A program made the translations under genes and the position numbers. The notes beneath the pieces were generated by a model, which saw only the letters and a list, made by a program, of their open reading frames with translations, made no database searches and was not told the origin of the DNA. A DNA stretch of 63,333 bases, counting the filler, from Vannella sp. (lineage: Eukaryota): assembly GCA_023345925.1 (NCBI GenBank). It is 8 parts of 8 records of this genome, joined end to end, with 100 filler letters (N's around TTAATTAATTAA, not from the genome) between each part and the next. Parts side by side here need not be neighbours in the genome. Positions count along the whole stretch, not along the records: positions 8,925 to 17,901 come from JAJQQN010000118.1; positions 18,002 to 23,508 come from JAJQQN010000572.1; 6 more parts are not named here. One strand, written 5' to 3'. Positions 9,065-19,769 of this stretch are shown here, one piece after another. The number at the start of each line of letters is the position of its first letter. Within the stretch, counting starts at the first letter, position 1.

Positions 9065-11113
9065 ATGGTTCTGAGGTGGGGATTGGTGTCCATTGCGAGG
9101 CGGTGTGTAACAAGGTCTCTTGGTGTGGGCGTGGTTCGAAGGCTCCCTTTGGAGGACACTCGCCGCTGGCTCTCTGGAGGCGCGGAGAAGCTGGTTAGGA
9201 GAGTGGAAACAGCTCCTTCGGATAAGGAGATCACACGCACCTGTTTGTGTGGACATGTGTCTGATCCAAATGAAGGGCAGATCATCGACTTGTGGGGTTG
9301 GGTGGACAGTGCTCGACCAGCAGGTGCTCAACTCCTCTTTATGACCCTCAAAGACTACTCCGGTCGCATCCAGATCGTCTGCGAAGACAAGGATGACGGA
9401 GAAGCCTCCATTGTCCCTCACCTCCAAGAGGTATCAGAGGAAAGCGTCCTTTGGGTTCGTGGACTCGTTCGTGCCCGGCCTGGAGGAGCGTCGAATGATG
9501 CCCAGGGCGCCTCTGGTCGCTTCGAAGTGATGGTAGATCAAGTTAGAATACTGAACACCGCTCCAAAGACTCTCCCAACGGATAGGTTCTCCTCCAGATC
9601 ACAAAAAGAGAGAGCTGATCGCGACGACGAAAGCGCGGAGAAGGAAAGAGCAAAGCTACAGCATCGGGTCCTCTTCCTACGCACCCAAGACATGCAAAGA
9701 GCTCTCCGTTTACGCGCCAAGGCGTATCGACAGCTAAGGGAGTCCCTTGATAGCATGGGGTTCCTCGAAGTGGAGACGCCGACTCTCTTCAAGCGTACTT
9801 CAGAAGGAGCTCGCGAGTTCATTGTTCCTTCCTCCTCCAACCCTGGGAAGTTCTACGCCCTTGTTCAGAGTCCCCAGCAGTACAAGCAGCTCCTCATGGC
9901 AGGGGGGATTGACCGTTACTATCAGATTGCCAGATGCTATCGTGATGAAGCCTTACGAGCTGATCGGCAGCCAGAGTTTACTCAGCTTGATATGGAACTG
10001 AGCTGTACCAACGTCAATCAGATCTATGACGTGATGGAGGAGCTGCTAACCAACGTGTGGCGATCCACTCGCGGCATTGAAGTGCCCAGGCCGTTCCCTC
10101 AGATGAGTTACCACGACGCTCTTCGCCTTTACGGCTCTGACAAGCCAGATCTCCGCTTTGGCTTTGAAATCACGGACGTGACAGAATGCGCTTTGGACCC
10201 AAACGGCACATCTTTCATCAGAACCTTCCAGGAGAACCTGACAAGTGGAGGGCGCCTGTTGGCACTCAATTTAAAGGGTTTGGGATCTTCCATAACTGCG
10301 GCTGAGCTCAAGAACCTCCCGGTTTATGCTTCCTCACTGGCAGCTTCGGGGTTGGTGACGGCAGTGGTGACCAATAAGCCCTCTGAAGGTGGCTATCAGT
10401 GGAAGTCTTCTCTTGGAAAGGCACTGGAAGGTGCCCATGTCATGAAGGAGAAGTTAGCGGCTCAACTCGAGGTGGAACCAGGTGACTTGGTCCTACTCAG
10501 TTGCGAAAAAGACCTTTTTCTCTCCCAAAGTGTTCTTGGAAAGCTCCGACTTCACTGTGCAGAGCTTCTCCAAGCTCATAAGCTTCTCACACTTGACCCT
10601 GATGACTTCCGCTTCCTTTGGGTGACTCGCTTTCCCCTTCTCAGTCGAGTGGAAGGTTGCAGTGAAGTTCTCTTCGAGTGCTCTCACCATCCCTTCACAG
10701 CACCAGTAGCAGAAGACATCCCACTCCTAAAGACCCATCCAGAGCAAGTACGCGGCCAGCATTATGACTGCGTCGTCAACGGAGTGGAGTTGGGAGGAGG
10801 GTCCATTCGCATCCACAACGCCCAATTGCAGCTCCAGATCTTCCGTGACATCCTCAACTTGTCTGAAGAGCAAATCTCACACTTCCAACACCTCATTGAG
10901 GCGTTGCAAGTGGGTTGTCCGCCTCATGGTGGGATTGCATTTGGTCTGGACCGGATGTGTGCCTTGCTGGCAGGGACCAGCAGCATTCGGGATGTTATCG
11001 CTTTCCCCAAGTCTCACTCTGGTCGAGAGTTGCTGACTGGCACGCCCACAACTCTCCCCAAAGAGGATCTTAACTCTTATGGACTTCACTTGGCACCCAT
11101 TACCGAGCTATAA
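9065..11113 (+). CDS. DARS2: Mitochondrial aspartyl-tRNA synthetase (bacterial type), intronless
   Basis: OB-fold GWV; EVETPTL, EGAREF, ALVQSPQQYKQLLM, YYQIARCYRDE, DRQPEFTQLD, HHPFT, GGGSIRIH, PPHGGIAFGLDR; Arg-rich N-terminal presequence. Confidence 0.96.
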   Translation: MVLRWGLVSIARRCVTRSLGVGVVRRLPLEDTRRWLSGGAEKLVRRVETAPSDKEITRTCLCGHVSDPNEGQIIDLWGWVDSARPAGAQLLFMTLKDYSGRIQIVCEDKDDGEASIVPHLQEVSEESVLWVRGLVRARPGGASNDAQGASGRFEVMVDQVRILNTAPKTLPTDRFSSRSQKERADRDDESAEKERAKLQHRVLFLRTQDMQRALRLRAKAYRQLRESLDSMGFLEVETPTLFKRTSEGAREFIVPSSSNPGKFYALVQSPQQYKQLLMAGGIDRYYQIARCYRDEALRADRQPEFTQLDMELSCTNVNQIYDVMEELLTNVWRSTRGIEVPRPFPQMSYHDALRLYGSDKPDLRFGFEITDVTECALDPNGTSFIRTFQENLTSGGRLLALNLKGLGSSITAAELKNLPVYASSLAASGLVTAVVTNKPSEGGYQWKSSLGKALEGAHVMKEKLAAQLEVEPGDLVLLSCEKDLFLSQSVLGKLRLHCAELLQAHKLLTLDPDDFRFLWVTRFPLLSRVEGCSEVLFECSHHPFTAPVAEDIPLLKTHPEQVRGQHYDCVVNGVELGGGSIRIHNAQLQLQIFRDILNLSEEQISHFQHLIEALQVGCPPHGGIAFGLDRMCALLAGTSSIRDVIAFPKSHSGRELLTGTPTTLPKEDLNSYGLHLAPITEL

Positions 11114-11131
11114 ACGGCACCACTGCACTTT

Positions 11132-11909
11132 CTAGGACTCTTCCTCCATTTGTTGTGTGTCAGGAGACTCAAAATGGACCCCCAAGACCTCCAAGTGAGC
11201 TGTGGTGATAACGTAGGTGATCCGCAAGTGTGCCGGATCGGATTGCTTGTGAATGGAGTATAAAGAGAGCTCGAAAGGACTGGTTGTCCCTTTGATGATC
11301 ATTACTGCATCTGACCATCGCTCGATAGCTTGAAAGGACTCAAGTTGTCCGTTCATTCCCAACGAACAGAGAGTGGCGAAGCGGTTTTGGTCGCCACTCA
11401 CCCTCTGAGCGTAGATTTGTGCCTCCTTGAGCAGTGCTAAGGTCTCTAACATCAAGTCTCTGTTGTTTGCAGCTCTGATTCTGTACTCCCAGTGATCAGA
11501 GAAAGTACAATACGGTAGAACACCTCCTACGCTGGAAAGTACTCGCTCAGATCGTCAATGATCAATAGATCTGGAAACTCCTCATCAGGTAGCATGGGTA
11601 GGTTTGCTAAGAAGTGCCGCAACACCTTGTGGTCCTCTAGGTACCTACCAGAACGATGAGTTCCTCTTCCTCCCTCCCATTCCCTCCTCACTTGATGTTG
11701 AGATGTCTTAAGGTATCAGGGGAAGGTTGGTAGTTGATTTGGAAGCGTGCAAAGTCCGTGTGTATCTTCTTCTCACGACAAACGAACCAAACGCGCTGCC
11801 CCAAAGCAGCGCTGTTGTAAGCGAACTGGAAGAGCAACGACGTCTTCCCGCACCTCGCTGGCCCCACCACAATAGAAGCACTTGCGTTATACTTTAAGCA
11901 AGAGTCCAT
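11132..11909 (-). CDS. SWSAP1: SWSAP1-like RecA/Rad51-paralog ATPase (spliced)
   Basis: Walker A VGPARCGKTSLLFQFAYN; spliced continuation ...IKYL...PDLLIIDDL (Walker B-like). Confidence 0.75.
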
Positions 11910-12040
11910 CTTCACAGCGACTTCCTTCAACCCCTCGTCCTCCCCAGCCAACACGAAGAGCGACGGAAGCAGCATCCCCAGCCGGGCCACCAACAAATGG
12001 AGGGTTTGCTTTATGAGTACAACCCCAAGCCAACTGTTAC

Positions 12041-14877
12041 CTACGCCAACAGGTCACCAGAGAGCTGCATGGAAGAAGTCAGAAAAAGGCGGGAAAAGAG
12101 GAAGAGGGGACTGACCTCAATGATGCGTTGGACGATGTGGTTAATGAGTGGACTGTTGAGTGTAGTTTCCATTGTTTCTTTCTCAGGGCGCATCAGAGTA
12201 GGGCCGAAGACGATGGAGAGGTTGGTGGGAGTCATCTTGTTCAAGTGAGATTGGACTTGAACCTCTTTCACAAGGAAGTTCATCAAATACTTGAGCGTGG
12301 CAAGGTGTGGGCCCAGGCTCGTCAAGATCTCTTTGACTTCTTGCTGTTGAGAAGGACTTAACGACTCAGTCATTCCTGCCGCTCCTTTTGAAAGCCAAAT
12401 AAGACGACCAAAGCCAGATACTGTGATTGAGTCTACTCACTTTCAATTTGAACCAGCTTGTCATACCCAGAGAAGGTGAGTAAAGGCTCAGGAAGCTCAC
12501 GGAAGAACAGTTTGAGGACACCGGCAACGGCATGAATGCTGTATGGGGTCAAGTCCCTGTCTTCTGGTGGAACTGAAAACATGGCGGATGAGAACCACGC
12601 TTTCTCTCCCTTTCTAATAGAGCTACTACTTACGTTGGTCGAAGATCTTCTTCAAAGCATCAATCTGCTTGTGCTCACCAGAAATTCTGAAAAGTCCTTC
12701 TGTTTGGATGCCACCATCAAGGGAGCGCAAGTGGTCAATGCATTGTGTGACAATGGACGGAATCCCGTCAGGATTGTTCTCTCTCTTGAGGATTGCTGGG
12801 ATCCCGATGCCGATGGTCCTATTCCATTTGTTGCTTTCTTCATACTCCGAGAGAAGAGCCAGCCACTGGCTGCAATCTTCGGGCTTTCCTGTGACTTTGT
12901 AAACTGCCGTGGGTGATTTGATGATGAGAGAGTTGTCTGCTCCCGGGATAGCCTCGAACTGGACCACTTCAAGTGATCGCATCTCCTTTAACTGAAAGTT
13001 ATTGCCCTTTGTCGGTTTGCCTACAATCAGCAAGTCGCTGCAAAGAACAAAAGTGCGTTTGTGCCCAGAAACAAGAAATTGAGACTCCAGCAGTAGCCGA
13101 CGGTCATCTTTGACTAAGTCGAGTGGCTTATCGTGGGTAATGCGTCGTTGCAGATTGGTGAGGACTGAATTGGTCTCTGACTGACTTAAATGCACTGTCA
13201 CAAACTTCTCCGTCTCATGTATCAAGCTGAATGCCGCATTGAGCTCTCTCTCCTCTTCCAATGGGACAAACTCGCACATTTGCCGCAAGGCGTTTTCAAT
13301 GTTGGAAATGTGAGTGAGTGGAGCTGAAAGGAGAGCCAAGGAGACGTGCTCTGCCTTTGCCTCAATCTCCTGAAGCCATAAATTTACCTTTCCGTTCTTG
13401 TCAGCGCGGAGTCGCCGAATGTTGTCTTGTCCGTTAACATAGTTACCCACGTAGACTCCATAGTTTGTGAGCCCCTTTCTTCCATCGAGTATGACCTTGC
13501 CAACGCCTCGAACGAGAGGCCAATCATTCGCCTCAATCTTCTGAAGCTGTTCCAGGATTATCTGATGCTGCTCTAAGATGAGCTCACAGTTGGAAAAGAT
13601 GTAACTGATGTCCTCAATCTTAAGGACCTCCTTTCCACTCATGAGCCTCTGTCTAGCTGGAATCAGGAAGGTCTGGCGAAGGTTAGGAGTGGGACACTCG
13701 TTTTTTCATAACCTCACCTGAATGAGCTCTTGCAGGTTGCGGCAATAAGCACTCTCTTGTTCCATGAAGCGGACGAAGCTCTTCGCATAAGAAGATAACC
13801 GGTGCATGGCAGTGGTGTTGCCTTTTGGGAATGAGAATCTTCAACGAGGCATTCAAATGGACTTACCGAGATACGGGAGAAGCCTGCGGCGCACTCTCCA
13901 ACAGCGGAAGAGACTTTGAATTGCCTTTGCAGAAGAGTGGTTCTTATCAGCGTTCTCAAAGTCGTCTAAACGCAATCGAATGCTTTTCGCTATTTCCGCG
14001 TCTGGAAGTGTGAAGTGATTCTCGACATTTGGTGAATATCCTTGCTTAATGTAGCTTTGTATCTCCTGAACCTCTGCAGGGGAAAGTCCTAAGATGGCAA
14101 GGGATTGCTCCAAGAGGAAGTGAGCGAACTGCCGCTTGGATGCGGAGACAGGCTCCTCGTCAGGTTCAGATCCGGACTCGATAAGATTGGCAGTTACTTC
14201 CACAGATGACTTGGCACCAGCTATCTTGCCTAAGAGCTTCTTCCCCTTTCCCTTACTGAGGCTGCCTGACTTGCGACCTCGAGTGCTTCGAAATGCCTCC
14301 TTAGAAGCCTCTCCCGCAGATCCGACGGATCCACGAGGGGATAGAACTCCATCCTTCTTCTTGTCCTTTGAGACATCGGCAGCCGAGTTACTATGACGAG
14401 GAGATAACAAGACGCCAACGTTTCCCTCTCGCTTATCGTTTGGCTCGGGTATTGCTGGAATAGCCGTCAGTTCCTTCCCTTCCCAAGCCAGATTAACATA
14501 CCAATAGAAACAGAAACAGCACGTCGGTGGGAGGAAGCGGGCTTCGCTAGAGTGGCGGTACTGGGTGCATCAGTCTCCGAAGCCTGCCGACTTGCTCGCT
14601 TCTCAGGGCCTAGAGACTGATCGAGAGCCTTGAGGAAGTCTTTGTTCAGTCCTGTAGAAATCGGTTGAGGCACTGCCCCTCGCACTGGACCAGGTCTTCC
14701 TCGAGGAGGAGGCGGGCGCGCCATGGGGACGGTTGTCAGAGAACGCAGGCGAGGCGAGATCACGTCAGGAGAAGAGACCCCTGAGCCATCTTCAGCAACA
14801 ACCACAGGGATTTCACTAGAGCCTGGACGAGCCCTTCTCGGAGGAGGCAGTGGACGCACCATTGGCGGTTGCGACAT
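12041..14877 (-). CDS. IQ + RhoGEF (DH) + PH + RhoGAP multidomain protein (multi-exon)
   Basis: IQ motif AIQSLFRCWRVRR; DH (IFSNCELI...YGVYVGNY); PH; GAP motifs GLFRISG and NKMTPTNLSIVFGPTL; Pro-rich N-terminus. Confidence 0.87.
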
Positions 14878-15015
14878 CCAAACGAAATGCGGCCAGGAAC
14901 AAATGAACACTCGTCGTCCCAACTGCAGTCGTCATTGCTTCAAGCCTTATCGGAGAAGCTGAACCCAAAGGAACGAGATAGTTCGATGCCCAAGCTTTGG
15001 GTGGCTGGGGAGAGT

Positions 15016-15518
15016 TTATTTCTTCTCCTTCTTGACCTTGCCGGCCTTGGTCTTGCGAGCCTTCAACTTGTTCTCGCGGTTCTTGCGCTCCTTTCGCTGC
15101 TTGCGAGAAGACTCGATCTTGGTCACGAGACCTTGCTGCTGCAGGGTCAGAAGGATTTTCAAGTGCATGCACTGTTAACTCACTCTCAACAGTCTGTATC
15201 TGGGCTCGTAGCTCTTGGCTGAGGCGATGGTATCGTAGATCAGACCAAAGCCGGTGGATTTGCCGCCTCCGAACTGGGTCTTGAAACCGTACAGGAAGAT
15301 GGTTTGTTCGTCCTGAACCTTGTACATCTGAGCAATGTTCTTCTTAAGGTCCGTCTTGGAGACGTTGGACTTTCCTGGGTGGATGACATCCAAAAGCTGT
15401 TATCCGCGGTTAGACTTTCAACCCAACCCGCACCACGTTTTCAGAAGCCACCTACGAACTGTCTGCGAGAAAGCAGGGGGTTGGAGATGAAGTCGCGAGT
15501 GCGGACAGTGACGGACAT
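15016..15518 (-). CDS. RPS24: 40S ribosomal protein S24 (eS24), 3 exons
   Basis: MSVTVRTRDFISNPLLSRRQF / DVIHPG...GFKTQFGGGKSTGFGLIYD...EPRYRL / SRKQRKERKNR. Confidence 0.97.
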
Positions 15519-15711
15519 CCTCAAGCCACGAAAAAAGGGTCTCGAAGAGGGCAGAAAAGTAGCTTACGAAAATTTTCGTCAAAAACCGGGTTGGCTGTCC
15601 GCGAGTGCCACGATGGGCAAAGAGGCTGCAGATCCTCAATATAATACTCGCTTAGGCGTTCGTGAACAACAAGGGAGGTATGGAGAGCGCCAGAGCGTGG
15701 AAGCGCAACAC

Positions 15712-16894
15712 ATGTCGGAGGCTGATTGTTCCGCTGAAGAGTCGATCATTCTCGCACTTCAAACACTCCTCAAAAGAGAGGAAGAGATGTCAGAGCTTGA
15801 GAGCCTGGAGGTTGGTCGTTCTTGGTGAGAAGGAGAGCCCTTCCTCAACCCATCTCAGGAGATTGAGTCAGAGTACCTGCAAGCACTTGGTGATCCCAGT
15901 GTGAGACTGCAATACTCATGTTGTCTCACCAGGAGAAGTGATCTAGCCAGTAAACAGAAAGGACTGCGGATTCTTTACGGTTGGAGTACTCCTTCGATTA
16001 TCTTGAACAAGAGGTGACCCTTTGTACAGACATGTACCGAGATCATCTCAAACTAACTTCAAAGGACCGTGAATCGGAGGAATCAGTCTTCCGTTCGGTC
16101 CTGTACTTCCTCGTTGTTGCAAACTACCGACTTGGCTACTATGGGGAGGCTCTCCGGTATGGCTCATGCTTTGTCCATTCTCATGAACTGGGCCAACTCA
16201 CTGGAGTAGTTTCGTTCACTTGATCCTCGAGCGAGAGCCTGGTAATCGACAGGCGACCCACTTCGAGCTTCTCCTTCGGAAAGTCGGTTAGTTCTCCCTT
16301 CTTCGGGAGTTGGAGGGACTCAGAGAGTATCCATTCAGCAAGGAGGAAGTACATGGTGGTATTAGACCGTTCCTACGAGTCCGAACTAGCCTTTGAGCGT
16401 ACCCTCGGCCTCCTGAAGAGTGGTGATGGCTTGTTGCTAGTCACCATCATTGAAAGAGCTGAGATTGACTTGCTTTTGGGATTCCAAAGTGACTTACCTG
16501 CCTACACCTCCCTGCGAGAGGAGAAGGTGGAAGAGCTGGGACGACAAATCCAACTGAAATATCAATTGATTTGCACAGAACGAGGCGTAAGAGGACTCAG
16601 GAGTCTTACCGAACGGGGTCTCACTCGCATTCAAAGATCCCTCACAGCTATATCGTTGAGACAGGCGACGTCCGCTCGGATGTGTGTGACATTATCTCTC
16701 AGCAGGAAGTGGACGTCTGCGTGGTTCCTCACAGCCCTGCTGGACCGCAAGGACTACTTTCGAGGTAGGTCAAACATGATGAGAGTAAGTGGAGACCCCA
16801 CTAAGCCTCCAATAGAGTCTTCTATTACGGCAGCTTGAGTGAACACCTCTTGCAGAACGCAACTTGTGACGTTCTTGTGGTCCGGTCACAATGA
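15712..16894 (+). CDS. Fis1-like TPR domain fused to a universal stress protein (Usp) domain (multi-exon)
   Basis: Fis1-like: RLQYSCCLTRRS...KGLRIL, LYFLVVANYRLGYYGEAL, ILEREPGNRQA. Usp: RKYMVVLDRSYESELAF, GDVRSDVC, GSLSEHLLQNATCDVLVVR. An in-frame intron links the two parts. Confidence 0.8.
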
Positions 16895-17079
16895 AGGGTT
16901 TACGTTACAAGTAGTGTTGGGTGCGACTCAATAGCTACGTAGAATTGAGCTTTCGGCAAAGGTCTCTTTGAAAGTGACTTGAGTCACTTGACATACTTAA
17001 GGCAAGAATGGTTCCTTTGAAGCAATAGGACGAGAAGGAGGAACCCTGTTTGGTAGGATGAACTTGATACGTCGTTCGG

Positions 17080-17901
17080 ATGGAAGGGATCAAGGAAAGG
17101 GCATTTCTTATGCGAGGGGAAGAGCTGTGCAACGTGGTCCCTGCTGAATTGGCGGAGGCTTGCTTGGGGTTCCTTGCGGGAGTCCGTTGGATCACCGAAC
17201 CTCATTTAGTTCGGTTCTGGAGGGACGACACGTGGGAGTCTTTGCCAGTGGAGTGGGTAGAGTGGCTTGAAACTGTTTCCTTCTTTGATCTCCCCGCTCT
17301 TCTCGCCGATCCGGCTCGGCTAGAGGACTCCGTACCAGAAGGAGTTATGCGTTTTGCTCGCACTTGCAAACAACTATCACTTGATAGAGCTGTCGGGTCG
17401 GATGTAGAGAATCGAGCCCTCTCTGTCCCTCCTGCTCTTCTCCACATGCGTGGAATGACGAAGAAGAAGGAACACGAGGTCTCTTACATGGGTGGTGAGG
17501 TTAAACACCTATGTGAAGCTCTTGAGACACGTTCAGTGGTGGATGTTGGCGCTGGGTCAGCTTATCTGTCCCATTCACTCTACATGCAGTGTGGTATTCG
17601 TTCCGTTGGCATCGAAGGCAACTCTTCGCATACTGATGGTGCTCTATCTCGGTTCGAAAACCTAAAGAAGCGCGTCTTGGCGTACAATGCCAAGCATGAC
17701 ACCAGTTTACAGCTCCCATTCCCCTCCATTGAGTTGATCACTTGCTGCATTGATTCCAACGACCCTCAGCTGGTACACACCTTTGAAGTAAGCGCTTCAG
17801 AATTCACCTAAGCCATTCTAACTTCCTCCAGAGCACAGTACAGCCGAAACTAGGGGAGGAATGTGTGATGATAGGATTGCACTGTTGTGGAGACTTGACC
17901 C
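17080..17901 (+). CDS. METTL25/RRNAD1-like SAM methyltransferase, 3'-truncated at contig end
   Basis: GMTKKKEHEV, VVDVGAGSAYLS, GIEG and, after an intron, GLHCCGDL. Confidence 0.85.
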
Positions 17902-18001
17902 NNNNNNNNNNNNNNNNNNNNNNNNNNNNNNNNNNNNNNNNNNNNTTAATTAATTAANNNNNNNNNNNNNNNNNNNNNNNNNNNNNNNNNNNNNNNNNNN
18001 N
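17902..18001. other. Artificial contig linker
   Basis: N44-TTAATTAATTAA-N44. Confidence 0.98.
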
Positions 18002-18153
18002 GTTGGACATCCATGGGGATGGTCGCTTTGGCCGTCATTATCATTGCCATTTGTGTTTTGCTGCTGGAAATTCACGTTCGCATTCAACAACACCGACAAG
18101 CAGCCTTAATTAGAGAGATTGTCCGAAGCGCTCAAGAAAAGGCCTCACTCTGA
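18002..18153 (+). CDS. 3' fragment of a gene with a C-terminal transmembrane helix
   Basis: Frame reads ...GMVALAVIIIAICVLLLEIHVRIQQHRQAALIREIVRSAQEKASL*; cut by the linker. Confidence 0.4.
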
Positions 18154-18723
18154 AACCGTTCATAAATCTCAACTTCATGTCCCACTGAGTTCTCTGAAGA
18201 TTCTAGAAGAGGTTTCGAAAGGGGTACATCTCCTGTACCTTTGCAGTAACCCCAGCCATAGCCAATGAGAACTGATTCTCGCTCTGATTGGGAAAGTGGT
18301 TTGGCACTGTGGATCAAGTCCGAGTTCGCACGATGTATCCCTCTTGGTGACGTTTTCCCAAGGTTTAATCAACAACCTGCACCAAATAAACGAGCATCAT
18401 ATGGGAACCAGCAGCTTCCTGATTGGAAAGCTTCTGGTTTCTGGTTGGCGAAAAAGGTGTAAATCGAGGGGAAGGGACCGCTCTTTATGAGGAGCTGTAT
18501 CTTCATATTAGTCCTCTTTCTCTTGAATGAATCTCTGGCTGGAAATGATCGCCTTAGCCAATGCATGGACGAACCACGGAAAAACTGATCGTGTGAGGTC
18601 CTCCTCTCTCGCTCTTTCGTACTTGTAGTGCGGAGATGTCCTCGAAGTGTAACTTGGTGAAGTTTGAATCATTAATCCGGTCGAATGGAGGTACTTAAAA
18701 CGTGGTTTAGTGGTCCCTCTTGC

Positions 18724-19698
18724 TCAATTGGTGAGTGAAAGGGGAAAGGTCTCGTTGAGGAAGGGGCTGATGACGACTTTGAGGAAATACTCGTCCGTAA
18801 AGTCGAGGTGGTCTCCTTCGCAAGGGATCTGCCAGAGGCGTCCGCTGTCGTTGAGCTCTTGGAGTCCTATGAGGTCTTGTTGGTAGATCTTGGACTGCTC
18901 CATGGTTTGGAGCTTCTTGTCTTGACCAGGCGCGTAGAATCCGAACCATTCACTCTCCCGAGGCTGCACGACGGTGTCATTCACGAACTGGATCATCGCA
19001 AAGTTACTGAGCGTGAGCATGTTCGCCTTGTAGGTGGCGTTAAAGGTCTCTTCGTTGTTGATACCAGCCAAGAAGGTGCTCTTGGACGCGTATTCTCGCT
19101 CGCGGATGGGGTCATGCCAGTACTGCATCTGCACAGACCACTCCTGGACATCAGGTCGATACGCTCCGAGATCTACAGCACGGCGGAGGAGCTCACAGAG
19201 AGTGTGGTTCGCTGCAGAGCACTCGGGGATGCCGAAGACGCCTTGGTGTTGCCCTCCCATGGACACGAGGTTGTACACAGGAGGGTCATTGAACATCTCT
19301 ACGTATCCACGAAGGAACTGACCGCCTTGAGAGAAGCCCACAGCGTTAAAGCCGCGAGCCAACTTCGGGTCAGACGCCAACTTGGCCTTAACGTGTTCGA
19401 TTTGGTCATTCACGCGTCCTACAAAGCCATTGATCTCGTCCTCCACCTCGTTGTTCCCTACCATCACGCTGTACACGTAGATACCCGGTAGCTCTTGCTG
19501 AATGAAGTTTTTGATGGCTCCCATGCTAAACGGGAGGCAACAGGTGTCTCCCATCCCTCCACCCACACGTCAGCACACGTATACACCCCTTGCCTATCAC
19601 ATACCATGCCAAAGCACCACTGGGACGTAGTCTGGAGCCTGGGAAGTCACGCCCAACACCCCCACCAAGACAAGGACCGCCGCAAAGGCCCAGCGCAT
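18724..19698 (-). CDS. PPT1: Palmitoyl-protein thioesterase 1 (lysosomal), 2 exons
   Basis: Signal peptide, PVVLWHGM/GDTCC, GFSQGGQFLR, GGQHQGVFG, QYWHDP, PRESEWFGFY, GDHL. Confidence 0.96.
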
Positions 19699-19769
19699 TG
19701 AAAAATGGCTTGCTAACACCGTACTTACAAAGGGAGCCTTCATTTCTTTGTTTCCTGGGCTTTCGGGCG

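Noticed and set aside
8873..9427. ORFs running into X stretches (also 30082-30462, 40959-41195, 51006-51299)
   Set aside because: Artefacts of reading through the N linker to its built-in stop codons.
9065..11113. Bacterial aspS suggesting a prokaryotic contig
   Set aside because: It has a mitochondrial-type presequence and is flanked by intron-containing eukaryotic genes.
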